Counted from the stretch's first letter, positions 22,979 through 35,681 are shown. The stretch is DNA of 64,000 bases from an uncultured Gemmatimonadaceae bacterium (GCA_963829055.1 CAWHHI010000009.1:96001-160000); one strand, 5' to 3'. Notes: generated by a model not told the origin, from the letters alone. A program made the numbers and translations.

Positions 22979-24208
22979 TCAATGACGGACCGCCGGACGC
23001 TTAGTGGCGCGCCTAACGGCGGTCTCCTTGCGAGCTCGTCCGTTCTGGCGTGCGTGCTTGGCAGGCTCGACCAGTTTCCAGAACTGCCCCTCGCCAATCA
23101 CCTTCACGGCGTGGCCGCGCGCGGCCAACCGGCGGATCTCCATGAGCTTGAGACCTCCAACCGTGCCGGCGACCTGCAACGCGTTAGGTCTGCCGCGCAC
23201 CAGCACGTCCGTCGCCGAGCCAGGCTTGGACTGCACGACCGCGCCCGCCTTCCTCGCGGCGGCGATGGCTTCGCTCCTCGGACGGCTCAGGAATCCCGTG
23301 AAGGACACCCGCTTCCCGACCAGGCTTCCGACGCGACCGAGATGAAGCTCCGTCGGCCGTTGCCGAAGGGCCGCAATGAGCTCGCCCGCGGCTTCGTAGC
23401 GCTTTCCGCGTACGCCAAGGCATCGGTGGATGACTTCCTTGAGGTGGTCGCTGCACGGCAGGCCGCGCACGTCACGACTGCGCATCGGGCTCGTGATGTC
23501 GCCACGCAGCAGCATCGCGGCGATCTGCCCTATCTGATAGATGTCGTCGCGCTGCTGCCAGCGGCGGACCTTCCCCCACGCGATCTCCGTCGGCGCATTG
23601 AAGACGTTGAACGCGTCAGCGGTGACGCCACGTCGGCTGAGCTGATGTGTCGCGATACCGAAGTCGCCGAGCTTCAACTGCTCGTCACCGCAGACGAAGA
23701 CGTTGAACGGCGTGAGGTCGCGGTGCATCGCCTGCCCACGATGCACGACGTCGAGCGCGCGCAGGATGGCCGCGATCTCACGGCGCACGAACCGCTCGGA
23801 CTGCGCGCCCTTGCGAGCGAGCCAGGCGCCGAGGTCCCCGTGTTCCGCGTATTCCATCGCGAGGCAATACCGCATGCGCGACCCATCGACTTCGGCGAAC
23901 CGGTCATACACGCGAAGCGCGCGGGATTCTCGGCCGAGCAGCTCGGCGAAATACGCCTCGCGAAGCCACGCCGTGAGGCGATCGCTGATCTTGATGCAGA
24001 CCTGCTCGGGGAGGTCGTCGCGCGGTGTGGGCGTGGCGAGATACACCTCGCCAAACCCTCCCTTGCCGATCAGCCGGTCGAGTCGGTACGTGCGACCGCT
24101 CTCGTAGCTATAGGCTGTCGGGGCCGTCCCCGGGGAGGAAAGCGCGGCCGGCGCGGCCGCCCCATTGTCCTTGCTGTTCTGCGGAGAAAGTGGGCGGTGC
24201 GTTGCCAT
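22979..24208 (-). CDS. Cytoplasmic Ser/Thr kinase fused to a C-terminal BRCT domain
   Basis: IGKGGFGEVY, VCIK, MEYAEHGDL, HRDLTPFN, LGDFGIA; BRCT-like LVGKRVSFTGFL..GAVVQSKPGSATDVLVRG..VIGEGQFWKLV. Confidence 0.8.
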   Translation of the reverse strand: MATHRPLSPQNSKDNGAAAPAALSSPGTAPTAYSYESGRTYRLDRLIGKGGFGEVYLATPTPRDDLPEQVCIKISDRLTAWLREAYFAELLGRESRALRVYDRFAEVDGSRMRYCLAMEYAEHGDLGAWLARKGAQSERFVRREIAAILRALDVVHRGQAMHRDLTPFNVFVCGDEQLKLGDFGIATHQLSRRGVTADAFNVFNAPTEIAWGKVRRWQQRDDIYQIGQIAAMLLRGDITSPMRSRDVRGLPCSDHLKEVIHRCLGVRGKRYEAAGELIAALRQRPTELHLGRVGSLVGKRVSFTGFLSRPRSEAIAAARKAGAVVQSKPGSATDVLVRGRPNALQVAGTVGGLKLMEIRRLAARGHAVKVIGEGQFWKLVEPAKHARQNGRARKETAVRRATKRPAVRH

Positions 24209-24359
24209 TCGCCATCACGTGAGAGAGCGGGTAATCGACTGACGTTACCACGAGCGTCAAGCCGCGACGATGCGCGTTCGTTCCCGAGCGGAGACACTAT
24301 GATTGGCGCCCGCAGCCTCAGGGCATAAGTTGGCGTAGCGGCGGCCCAGGGAAGCGCGG

Positions 24360-27023
24360 ATGACGACCGAGCTGCAGGAGCACCTTCAGACGATCCTCGG
24401 CGGCGCCTACACACTCGAGCGCGAGCTCGGGGGCGGTGGGATGAGCCGCGTTTTCGTCGCCGAGGAGACGGCGCTCGGGCGGCGTGTGGTGATCAAGGTG
24501 CTCGCGCCGGAGCTCGCCGAGGGCCTCTCGGCCGAGCGGTTCAAGCGCGAGGTCCGCCTCGCCGCCCGGCTGCAGCACCCGCACATTGTCCCGCTGCTCG
24601 CTGCGGGCGCCCTGCCCGGCGGTGGCCTCTACTATACGATGCCCTACGTGGAGGGCGAGAGCCTTCGCGCGCGGCTCGGGCGCGACGGGGCGCTACCGCT
24701 CGCCGACGCCGTCCGTATCGTGGGGGATGTGGCCGGTGCGCTCGCCCACGCGCATCGCGCCGGCGTCGTCCACCGCGACGTCAAGCCCGAGAACATCCTC
24801 ATCGCCGACGGCGGCGCCGTGGTGGCCGACTTCGGCATCGCCAAGGCAATCCACGAGGCGCGTGCGGCGGCTGGTGGAGACGTGCGGCGCTCGTTGACGC
24901 TCACCGCGGAGGGCACGTCGCTGGGCACCCCGACGTACATGGCCCCCGAGCAGGCCCTCGGCGATCTGGTGGACCACCGCGCCGACCTGTACGCGCTCGG
25001 CGCCGTCGCCTACGAACTGCTCGTCGGCCGCGCCCCGTTCGACGGGCGCACGGCCCAGCAGCTCTTGGCCGCCCACGCCACCGAGCCGCCGGAGCCGATC
25101 GCGCGGCGCCGACCCACCACGCCACCCGCGGTCGCTGCGGTCGTAATGCGGCTCCTCGAGAAGAACCCGGCCGACCGACCGCAGTCGGCGGAGGAGGTGC
25201 TGCGTGCGCTCGAGGGAGTCACTGACGCGCCCCGAGTGACCGCGGCATCGGACACCGCCCGGCCTCGCGTCCTCCGTGCGGCGGCCTGGGCGCTCGTCGG
25301 CGTGGCGGCCACGGCGGGCGCGGTCGCGCTCGGCGCCGTGTTGGCCGCGCGGCGGGCGCCTCTCCGCGCGGAGTCGGCGCAGCCGATCGTCGCCTCGATC
25401 GTGGCGCCACCCGGCCACGAGTTGCGGCCGGAGGCCGGGTTCGCGCTCTCGCCGGCCGGCAGCCGCCTCGCATTCGTCGCGGCCGACGCGCGCGGCGCGA
25501 CGGCCATCTGGATCCGTCCGCTCGACAGCCTCACCGCGACGCGCGTCGAGGGCACCGAGCGCGGGTCGGGCCCCTTCTGGTCTCCCGATGGCGCGTCGTT
25601 CGGATTCTTCGCCGGAGGGCAGCTCATGGTCGCCGACCTCCGCGCCCGCACGCGACGCGCGTTGTGCCCTGCGCCACGGCCAGGCGGCGGCGCGTGGACC
25701 GACACCGGCGACATCGTCTACTCTCCCGACGCGATCGGTGCGACGCTGTTCCGGGTGCCGGCCGCCGGCGGGGCGTGCACGGCGCTCACGCGCTCACGCC
25801 CCGGAGACTTCGCCCACCGGCGCCCGTCGGCGCTCCCGGGCGGGCGGCGCGTCCTCTTCAACATCGCCCGCGCGAACGTCGTGCTCGCGGCCGATCTCAC
25901 CACCGGGGAGATCAGCGAAGTCCGGCGTCCAGGAACCGACGGCCAGTTCGCGCGGCCCGACTGGCTGCTCTTCCGCGAGGAGGACGGCGGTCCGCTCTAC
26001 GCGCAGCGCCTCGACCTCGCGACGCTGCGCACGGTCGGCGAGCCGGCCGTCGTGCTCGACCGGGTCAGCGGGTTCGCCGCGTTCGCGAGCCACACGGTGA
26101 CCGAGCACGCACTGGTCACCGTGCCGCCGGCCGCCGCGACGCAGTCGCTCGTGTCGGTGAACCGGAAGTCGGAGGTTGTGGACTCGCTCGTCGTGCCCGC
26201 GAACTCGCTTTCCCAGTTCGGCGCCGGCGGCGTGTTGCACAGCACGTCCCACGACGGGCGCCGGGTCGCGCTCGGCGGGCTCGGCCTGTGGCTTTACGAC
26301 CGCGACCGGCGCGTGGCCACGCGGGCTCGCGTGGAGACGATGGCCGGGCAGGGGATCCGAGACCCTTCGTGGGGCCCGGGCGACTCACTCATCGCGTACA
26401 GCACGGTCTTCCGCGGGCCGCTGATGCTGCGCGTGTATCACGCCGCGACCGGCACGTCGGACTCCCTGTTCGCGTCGGGGCGGCGAATCATCCGGTCACC
26501 CGACTGGTCGCCGGACGGCCGGCGCATCGCGTTCCAACTCGCCGCCGGCGATTCCGTGCTGCAGGACGAGATCTGGGTCTACTCCTTCGCCGAGCGGCGT
26601 GCGGCCCGCCTCTGGGAGCCCGCCGGGAACCTCGCCGCACCCCGCTGGTCCCCGGACGGGCGGTGGCTGGCCTACGTGTCGGACGAGAGCGGCACGCTGG
26701 AGGTGTACGTGCGGCCGGCGTCCGGCCCGGGCGTGACGGCGCGTGTCTCGACAGCCGGCGGCGAGGCCCCGCGCTGGCGTGGGGACGGGCGCGAGCTCTA
26801 CTACCGGGCGCCGGACGGCGCGATCATGGCGGTTGGCGTCCGGTCCGGGCCCGCACTTACCCTCTCGCCGCCACGCGTCGCGGTCGCAGGTCCGCCATTC
26901 AGCCGGTCCGCCCGGGGGTTCGAGGTCAGTCCCGACGGTGAGCAGTTCGTTGCCTTCGAGCGCGAGGCCCCACCGGTCTTCACGCTCGTCGTCAACTGGG
27001 CGGCGCGGCTCACGCCGCCATGA
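24360..27023 (+). CDS. Ser/Thr protein kinase with TM helix and TolB/PD40 beta-propeller
   Basis: ELGGGGMSRVF, HRDVKPEN, DFGIAK, GTPTYMAPE; WSPDG repeats. Confidence 0.9.
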   Translation: MTTELQEHLQTILGGAYTLERELGGGGMSRVFVAEETALGRRVVIKVLAPELAEGLSAERFKREVRLAARLQHPHIVPLLAAGALPGGGLYYTMPYVEGESLRARLGRDGALPLADAVRIVGDVAGALAHAHRAGVVHRDVKPENILIADGGAVVADFGIAKAIHEARAAAGGDVRRSLTLTAEGTSLGTPTYMAPEQALGDLVDHRADLYALGAVAYELLVGRAPFDGRTAQQLLAAHATEPPEPIARRRPTTPPAVAAVVMRLLEKNPADRPQSAEEVLRALEGVTDAPRVTAASDTARPRVLRAAAWALVGVAATAGAVALGAVLAARRAPLRAESAQPIVASIVAPPGHELRPEAGFALSPAGSRLAFVAADARGATAIWIRPLDSLTATRVEGTERGSGPFWSPDGASFGFFAGGQLMVADLRARTRRALCPAPRPGGGAWTDTGDIVYSPDAIGATLFRVPAAGGACTALTRSRPGDFAHRRPSALPGGRRVLFNIARANVVLAADLTTGEISEVRRPGTDGQFARPDWLLFREEDGGPLYAQRLDLATLRTVGEPAVVLDRVSGFAAFASHTVTEHALVTVPPAAATQSLVSVNRKSEVVDSLVVPANSLSQFGAGGVLHSTSHDGRRVALGGLGLWLYDRDRRVATRARVETMAGQGIRDPSWGPGDSLIAYSTVFRGPLMLRVYHAATGTSDSLFASGRRIIRSPDWSPDGRRIAFQLAAGDSVLQDEIWVYSFAERRAARLWEPAGNLAAPRWSPDGRWLAYVSDESGTLEVYVRPASGPGVTARVSTAGGEAPRWRGDGRELYYRAPDGAIMAVGVRSGPALTLSPPRVAVAGPPFSRSARGFEVSPDGEQFVAFEREAPPVFTLVVNWAARLTPP

Positions 27024-27168
27024 CTCGCCCGCACGCTGCGCCACTCGGCGTGCCGTTCCGGCCGCCTCACCCACCGTTTCGAAACGACTTCTAGAGTCGA
27101 GAGGACGAGGTCGGTAACTTCGCCGGGCGCTTCCCAATAGCACCCCAACCGACGCCATCGAGAACTGG

Positions 27169-27573
27169 ATGACGCCCGTGAGCCGTACGACATTCTCGCC
27201 GCACCACCTCGTGCCCGAAGGCCGCGCCATGCTGTCCTGCTCCTGCCTGATGCCCGACGGGTGGGTGAACGTGCCGCTGCCGGACGAGACGTACGACCTC
27301 GACAACCCCGGCGTGTTTCTGCCGTTGCTCGTGTGCATGGCGCCTTACGGCGCGGTGGTGTTCTCCCTCGGAGCTCGACCCGCATACGCCGACGGATCGG
27401 TACAGGACTGGGCGGAGTTTCTGGCCGCCCAGAACGACCTGCGCATCGAACAGGTCCGGGAGGCGCGCGTCAACCGCATGCCCGGTATCCTCGTCGACGC
27501 GACGATGCCGTCCGAGGCCGGTCTGATGCGGTCGCGGAGCGTCTTTCTCGAGGATGGGCGACGGCTGTTCGAA
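27169..27573 (+). pseudogene. Hypothetical protein, apparently truncated at the junction with the LysR gene
   Basis: Protein-like up to SVFLEDGRRLFE, then becomes antisense LysR sequence. Confidence 0.5.
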
Positions 27574-28190
27574 CTCCCAGCGATACGGCGGCGCGTCGGC
27601 GTCGGGTGCCAGTTGAGGCAGTCGTGCTCGGCCAGCTCGCGCGGGTGCTTCGGCGCGCCGCGCCGCGCGAAGTACGACGGCGCGCCCACGACGGCGAGCC
27701 GAAGGTCGCCGGTCACCGGCACGGCGATCATGTCCTTGTCGATCACCTCGCCGAGCTGGATCCCTGCGTCGAAGCCCTCCGCCACGATGTCGACCGGCGC
27801 GTCGCTCACGACGAGGTCGAGCTGGACGTGCGGGTGCTCCGCGAGGAAGCCGGTGAGGAACGGCTCGCCAATCATCGTCTGCGCGGCGCTCGACGTGTGC
27901 ACGCGCAGCGTGCCGCGCGGCTGGTCGCCCAGCTCGCCGACGGCGGCGACGGCGGCTCGCACTTCGTCGAGCGCCGGACGCACCGACGCGTAGAGCCGCT
28001 CTCCGGCTTCGGTGAGGTGCACGCTCCGCGTCGTCCGCCGCACGAGCGGAACGCCGAGCCGCTCCTCGAGCCGGCGCAGCGTCTGACTCACCGCCGAGTG
28101 GCTCACGCCGAGCCGCTCGCCCGCCGCGCGGAACCCCTTCGCCTCCGCCACGGCGACGAAGGTCGCGATCCCATCGAGCTCGTCGGCCAT
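27568..28190 (-). pseudogene. LysR-family regulator (CrgA-like), C-terminally truncated
   Basis: FRAAGERLGVSHSAVSQTLRRLEERLG..RTTRSVHLTEAG; VDIVAEGFDAGI; homology stops at PYRWEFE (~205 aa of an expected ~300). Confidence 0.75.
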
Positions 28191-28340
28191 TGGACGGAAT
28201 ACTGACCAGCGTGGACACCAATGGCAAGTAGATCAACCGAGCCGAGAGCGCTTGATTGAGGCAACGCGCCGGGAATCGCGAGGATCACCGACACCGGCGC
28301 GATACGTGACCCGCAACGGGTCTCCCAGCAGGAGAAGTCT

Positions 28341-29235
28341 ATGCCCGTGACAACACCCGTCCCGTCCATCACGCTGAACAACGGCGTCGAGCTGCCGGCC
28401 CTCGGCCTCGGCGTCTTCCAGAGTCCGCCGGAACAGACGACCTCCGCCGTCGAGGCGGCCCTCGCGGCCGGCTACCGCCTCATCGACACCGCGGCCGCGT
28501 ACGCGAACGAGCGCGAGGTCGGCGAAGGCATCCGCCGCTCCGGCGTTCCTCGCGACGAGGTGTTCATCGAGACGAAAGTCTGGATCAGCGACTACGGCTA
28601 CGACGCCACGCTGCACGCCTTCGAGAAGAGCGCGCGCAAGCTCGGCGTCGACCAGCTCGACCTGCTGCTCCTGCATCAGCCGCTGCCGTCGGCGTTCGAC
28701 CGCACGCTCGACGCCTACCGCGCGCTCGAGAAGCTGCTCGCCGACGGCAAGGTGCGCGCGATCGGCGTGAGCAACTTCATGCCCGAGCACCTCGACCGCC
28801 TGCTGGCCGAGACGTCCGTCGTGCCCGCCGTGAACCAGATCGAGGTCCATCCGTACTTCCAGCAGACGCGCGCTGCAGCGCGTGCACGCCGAGCACGGCA
28901 TCGCGACGCAGGCGTGGTCGCCCATCGGCGGGATCACGTCGTACCGGGGCATGGAGAGGCGCAGCTTCGACGACCCGACGCTGCTCGAGATCGCGCGCCA
29001 GCACGGCAAGTCGCCGCGCAGGTGATGCTCCGCTGGCACCTGCAGGAGGGCCGCTCCGCGATCCCGAAGTCGGTCAGGCCCGAGCGCATCGCCGAGAACT
29101 TCGACGTCTTCGACTTCGAGCTCACGCCGCGAGCAGATCGCCGCGATCGACGCGCTCGACACCGGAGTGCGCGGCGGACCGGAGCCCGACAGCATCACCC
29201 TCGAGGCCTACGGCAGGCCGATCCCCGAGGCGTGA
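28341..29235 (+). CDS. Aldo/keto reductase (2,5-DKG reductase-like), frameshifted
   Basis: LNNGVELPALGLGVF, GYRLIDTAAAY, ETKVW, IGVSNF, VNQIEVHP, IPKSVRPERIAEN. Confidence 0.85.
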
Positions 29236-29328
29236 GTCGACCGGGTGACATCGACCACGAGAGACGGCGATGAGCAGGCACATTGCCGGCAAGAGCCTGA
29301 CCGCAACGCGTTGAAGGGAGATCCGACC

Positions 29329-30485
<1,157 letters not shown>

Positions 30486-30489
<4 letters not shown>

Positions 30490-31118
30490 AGTCGCTCGTC
30501 ATCGCCGCGACTACCTGCCTCCTGTCCCTGGGCTGCGAGGCCCAGCCACGCCCCGCGCAGGCGCAGCCGTCGAACAGCGAAGAGAAGGTGTTGATCGTGT
30601 ATCTATCCCGCACGAACAACACCAAGGCCATCGCCGAGATGATTCATGAAAAGGTCGGCGGGACGATGGTCCCGCTCGAATTGGAGACGCCGTATCCGAC
30701 TGACTACGCGGCGATCGTGCAGCAGGTCGCGCGGGAGAACGAGACGGGCTACCTGCCGCCGCTGAAGACGAAGATCGACCGGATCGAACAGTACGATATC
30801 GTATTTCTCGGCTTTCCGACGTGGGGAATGCGGCTGCCGCCGCCGGTCAAGAGTTTTCTGCGTCAATACAGTCTGAGTGGGAAGACGGTCATCCCGTTCA
30901 ACACGAACGCGGGATACGGCGAAGGGAGCAGCTTTCAGGCGGTGAGGGAACTCTGCCGGCAGTGCACCGTCGTGGACGGATTCGTGACGAGGGGTGGAGT
31001 GGAAAGGGACGGACAGTATCTGGTCATCAAAGAAGCAAGGGCGGAGGGAGCGAAGAAGGAACTCGAGAACTGGTTAAGGAAGATCGGCGTCGTATCCGCG
31101 CGATTGCACTCGCCGTGA
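30486..31118 (+). CDS. Flavodoxin (Flavodoxin_4-like), with signal peptide
   Basis: LIVYLSRTNNTKAIA, YDIVFLGFPTWG, GKTVIPFNT; ATGA overlap with upstream AKR. Confidence 0.85.
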
Positions 31119-31188
31119 GCCGGCCCGTCGCCGCCGAGGTGTAAGCCGCGTTAGGCGCGCTGGGCCGCGGTGAAAGACGGCACGGTGG

Positions 31189-31325
31189 TCACGAGGCGGG
31201 GTCGTCGAGCTCGCGCGTCATCTCGATCATCGTGCGGCGGAAGCCCACCCTCGCGAAGAGCCGCTGCGCGGGGTCGTTCTGCTCGGCCGTCGCGGATTAC
31301 AGAGGTGCTCCCAGCGCGCGTGCGG
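31189..31325 (-). pseudogene. C-terminal remnant of a GNAT acetyltransferase
   Basis: ARALGAPL*SATAEQNDPAQRLFARVGFRRTMIEMTRELDDPAS*; N.A..LF...GF motif, 5' part absent. Confidence 0.6.
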
Positions 31326-31472
31326 GAGAATAGCCGCCCCCAAGCTGTATAGTTGGCTTGGCGGATTAGTCGTTAGGGCCGACGACGTTCGGGAATGGAG
31401 ACGTCTGACCCTCGGTCCTGGTTCCGGCGTCGAGGAGCGCGACGGCGGTGGCAAATGTCGTATGCCGAAGAC

Positions 31473-32990
31473 TCACGGCTGGTATCGCTTGTAGATGATC
31501 GGGTTCGTCGGAAGCTTGTCGCGGTCAATGATCACGCCGTCCTTGATCACCATCCGGATCTTCCGGATGTTCTTGATGTCCTGGAGCGGATCCGCGTCGA
31601 GCATCACCACGTCGGCGATCTTCCCCCGCTCGATCGTTCCTAACGAGTCGCCCATGCGATGAGGCAGGGCCTTCGCGCCGTTCTTCGTCGCGGCGACGAT
31701 CGCCTGCGCCGGCGTCATCCCGAAGTCCACGAGCGATTCGATCGACGCCAGCGTGCCGATGCCGGGCTCTCGCGCGCCCCACTGGTTCGGGTCGCGCGAG
31801 AACTCGATCGCCTGGGCCACCTGGTTGTCCGTTGCCGTCGTGATGGGGCAGCTCGTCTTCACGATTTTCTGGGCGTTGGCGCGCATGACGCGCGCGTTCG
31901 TGGCGCGGATCGAGTCCTCGATCATCTTCTCGGTCATCTTCGGCTTCGGCCAGCTGCGAAGCTCCGTGGGCTCCTTGTTCGCCCCCGCACCTCCAGCGCC
32001 TCCACCGCCGCTTGTGGCGCTCGCGCGCGCCTGCGCCGCCTGGTACGCACGCCCATAGTGGTTGTTGCCATGGATCGAGCAGAACGGCTTCTTCTCGTCG
32101 AGAAGCTTGAGCACTTCGTCCGTGATCGGCACACCGCCGACCTCGGGATGCTGGATGAGGTCGACCCCCGACACGAGCGCGATGTACATGCCTTCCGGCG
32201 TCGTCGCATGCGTCTCCGCCATGAGACCGCGCTTGTGCACCGCGTCCACGATCGCCTTGAACTGACGCTCGCTGAAGACGAGGCCAGGTTCGGTTTGTGA
32301 GTGCACCGTCCCGCCGATCTTCACGAAGTCGACGCCCTTGTCGATGTAGTTGTTGACGATCACGCGCAGCGAGTCGGGACCGAACCACGGCATGAGCTCA
32401 CCAGCGCCCTGCGTGATCTGGTCGTTGATCCACTCCTCGTAGTAATTCTCGGGATCGCGGCCGCGGAACGTCTTCGAGAACGTGCCGCCCCAGCCGATGA
32501 TGTTGCCCGCGACGTACATGCGGGCGCCGACGGCCTTGCCGCTCTTGATCGCGTCGCGCGCGGCGAGCAGCGGCATCATCGTGCCGTACGAGTCACGTAT
32601 CGACGTGACGCCGTACTTGAGGTGCATCTGCGCCCCTTCGATCGCGATGTCCGTGAGCTTCTCCCAGTACCGCGCGTACTCGGCGGCGCTCGTGGGCATG
32701 CCGTTGTGCACGTTCGTGTCGACAAACCCGGGCGTCGCGAACTTGCCTGTGCCGTCCACCTTCTGCGCGCAGTCGGGAACCTTCACGTCGGCGCGTTTGC
32801 CCACCTGCTCGAACTTGCCGTTGCGCACCAGGACGGTGCCGTCCGCGAGTGGCGCGCCACCGTTGCCGTCGATGACGGTGACACCGATGATCGCGATGGC
32901 GCACGGCTGCGGCGGGTTCTGCGCAGCGGCCTCTGACAGGGCCACGGCAACGAAGGCAAGGGATGTCACGACCGGTCGAAGGTGAAGCAT
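31473..32990 (-). CDS. Secreted amidohydrolase (Xaa-Pro dipeptidase-like subgroup)
   Basis: IIGVTVIDGNG, TPGFVDTNVH, GVDFVKI, ETHATT, ATD, GTIERGKIADVVML. Confidence 0.8.
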   Translation of the reverse strand: MLHLRPVVTSLAFVAVALSEAAAQNPPQPCAIAIIGVTVIDGNGGAPLADGTVLVRNGKFEQVGKRADVKVPDCAQKVDGTGKFATPGFVDTNVHNGMPTSAAEYARYWEKLTDIAIEGAQMHLKYGVTSIRDSYGTMMPLLAARDAIKSGKAVGARMYVAGNIIGWGGTFSKTFRGRDPENYYEEWINDQITQGAGELMPWFGPDSLRVIVNNYIDKGVDFVKIGGTVHSQTEPGLVFSERQFKAIVDAVHKRGLMAETHATTPEGMYIALVSGVDLIQHPEVGGVPITDEVLKLLDEKKPFCSIHGNNHYGRAYQAAQARASATSGGGGAGGAGANKEPTELRSWPKPKMTEKMIEDSIRATNARVMRANAQKIVKTSCPITTATDNQVAQAIEFSRDPNQWGAREPGIGTLASIESLVDFGMTPAQAIVAATKNGAKALPHRMGDSLGTIERGKIADVVMLDADPLQDIKNIRKIRMVIKDGVIIDRDKLPTNPIIYKRYQP

Positions 32991-33052
32991 GAGTGAACCT
33001 CTCGTTGGTGATACAGGCGGGATGCACCGAACCTGCCTAACGACGACGATGG

Positions 33053-35456
33053 TCAGGGCACAGGCAGCTTGCGCCGCCGCATGTTCGCGAGCGGGTCCGC
33101 GACGCCGGTGAACGTGTACTCCGGCACCTCGTAACCCATCAGATTCCGCACGAAGTAGTCGAAAATGAGGCGGCTCCCGTACCACCCGCCGCTCGAGTGC
33201 CCCTGATCCGGAAACACCATCATGTCGAATCGCTTGCCCGCATCGATCAGCGCCGCAGCAACGCGAATTGTCATCGACGGGTGTACGGCTTCGTCCAGGT
33301 CACCGTGCACGAGCATCAGCTTCCCGCGCAGGTTGTTCGCGAGGAGGTAATTCGCGTCCCCCTCGTAGTTGTCCTTGCCCGTAGAGTCCTTGTGCAGCAT
33401 GCCACGCCACGACTCACCGACGATGGTGTGCTCGCTGCGATCGTCGTGGTTGCCGGCGAACGCCACACCGACCTTGAAGAAGTCGGGATAGCGGAGCATT
33501 CCGACAGTCGTGGAAAGTCCCCCGCCCGACAAGCCGTACAAACCGACCTTGTCCAGGTCGATCCACGAGAACCGCGCGCCTAACTGCTTGATCGCCTCCA
33601 CGTGGTCGGCGAGGGTGGCTTCGGCATATCGACCCTGGTACTGCGTCCGATAGTAGTTCCGTATTGCCGGAGATGGATCACGAACGCCGCGCGGCTGAAT
33701 CTGCAGGACGATGAAGCCGAGCTCCGCCAGCGCCTGCTGCTCGCTCGACGGGCCGATGAAGCCCCATCCTCTGATGGCGCCAAGCGGCATCGGGTAGATG
33801 TGATCGACGACGGGGTACCGCTTGGTGGAGTCGAAGTTGGTCGGCTTGTAGACGGCCGCGTAGAGCGGCGCACCATCGCTCGCGGTCAGCGTGTGGATCT
33901 CGATCGGCTTCCACCCGAGCGACGTCGACGTCGAAATGTCGGTGCGCTCGAGCTCGCGGATGACGCGTCCGTTGTCCGTCGATCGTACGACCGTCACCGG
34001 CGGCACGTCGGTCGACGAATAGGTGTCGACGAAGAAACGTCCGTTCGGTGAGATCGTGGTAGTGTGATCGCCTGTCTCCGGGGTCAGCAGCGCGAGACCG
34101 GAGCCGTCAGCGCGCATCCGGTACAACTTCGTGTGTCCCTTGAACGTGTTCGCCTCGCGCCCGTTCCCACGCACGAAGAGCGTGCTCCTGGTGCTGTCGA
34201 TCGCGGCGTCGGTCACGTTCCACGCGCCCTCGGTGACTTTGCCGATGAACTTCCCGGTACTGTCGTACCTGTAGATGTGTGAAGCTCCGTCGCGCTCCGA
34301 GTACCAGTACACGTCGTTGCCACGACTCAGGCGCCAGATGCCGCTGCCCACGACGTACTCACTGATGGCACCGTAGCGGAACGTGTTGCTGTCCGAGACG
34401 ATCCGTCGTGCTGCCCCCGTCCTGGCGTCGGCCGTCATCAGGGCAAGCCTGTTGGGGCCGCGGTTGCTGCTCAGGAAGAAGAACCGGTCCGACGTCGGTG
34501 CCCACTGTGCGAACAGTGCCAATGCCGCGGTCTCGGTCATGCCGCCGCGCACCCACGGGATCTGCTCCGTATTCACGCGGATCTTCGACTTGTCCGTGAT
34601 GTCGATGACGTAGAGGTCATGGCGCTCGACGACAGAGTCGCTCGGAATCGCTTGCGGCACCGCGAAGAGCTCGGGTCGAATCGTCGTCGATGAGATGTAG
34701 TAGAACTTCTCTACGCCGCGGACGTCCCAACGCATGACCACCATCTTCTTCGAGTCCGGCGACCACACGACCATCGGAAGACGCGGCTCTCCGGTGCGCC
34801 TCAGGCTGATGGACTGAAACGTGCCAGCGCGTCCGTAGGCCCACTCGGCGGACCCGTCAGTCGTTAGGCGCGTCTCGCACGAGGCGCCGCTCGTGCACCC
34901 GACCTGCCGGATGTAGAATGTCGTTGTCGCGCACGAACGCGTCCCACTTCTCATCGGGCGATCGACGCATGCCGCGGTCCGTCCGTGGCTTGGCCGCCAC
35001 GGGTGAGCATTTGTGCGTCCCGACGTCACAGGACAGGCGCTTCGCGCCGACGGTGAAGCTCACCAGCTTCTCATCCTTCGACAGCTCGAAGTCCGCCAGC
35101 GTTAGGCGTCGCGATTCGACGACCGAATCGAGTGCGGCCGAGATCCCTTGGGACAGCAGCCCACGGTCGACGAGCAACCGCCTGGTGTTCCGGGCGGGAT
35201 CGACCAGGTATCGCTCGGTCCCCTCCGGCGTCTCGACGGCATACCAGAACCGAGAGCCGTCAGCGAGCCAGCGCACCTCGACGCGGTTGCGGTACATCTT
35301 GTCGGCCGCGCGGTGCTGCATGAAGCGTTCGGCGCGCGCGTATGCCGATGCCGGCAGCGTGTCGAGAAATCGTTGCGCTTGCGCCGGGAGCGCGACGACG
35401 AGGTGCATCGCGCCGATCGCGCCGAGGGAAAGGGCGTAGAGTCGCAATGAACGCAT
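33053..35456 (-). CDS. Dipeptidyl peptidase IV-like S9B peptidase, frameshift near 34920
   Basis: Signal peptide; WSPDSK, KRYPVVDHIY, GLYGLSGGG (Ser), HGDLDEAVH (Asp), DQGH (His). Confidence 0.9.
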
Positions 35457-35681
35457 CCTGCGGTCGATGGGGACCCTGCTTGGGCGGCGAATATGCGTCG
35501 ACGCGTTCGCGCAGGCCAGCCGTACGCCAAGCATGCGCGGGCACGAATGGACGACCAGTCTTGACGGTTGTGACTCACGAACGGATCTTCGCCTCGAAAC
35601 GATCGGCCGACGCGCACTCCCCTTCGTTCGTCGCGACGTGTGTCGCGCCGACTCGCTCCCACTCAGTGCCAGGAGCATCCT

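Noticed and set aside
22976..24328. Long antisense/shadow ORFs (e.g. 450 aa here, 58662..60041, 25664..26941)
   Set aside because: Arg/Ala/Pro-rich with no recognisable motifs; expected opposite real genes in stop-poor high-GC DNA.
27075..27098. Palindromes CGTTTCGAAACG and GACTTCTAGAGTC upstream of the truncated hypothetical gene
   Set aside because: Short, single-copy, and no match to parS, dif or an operator I can name.
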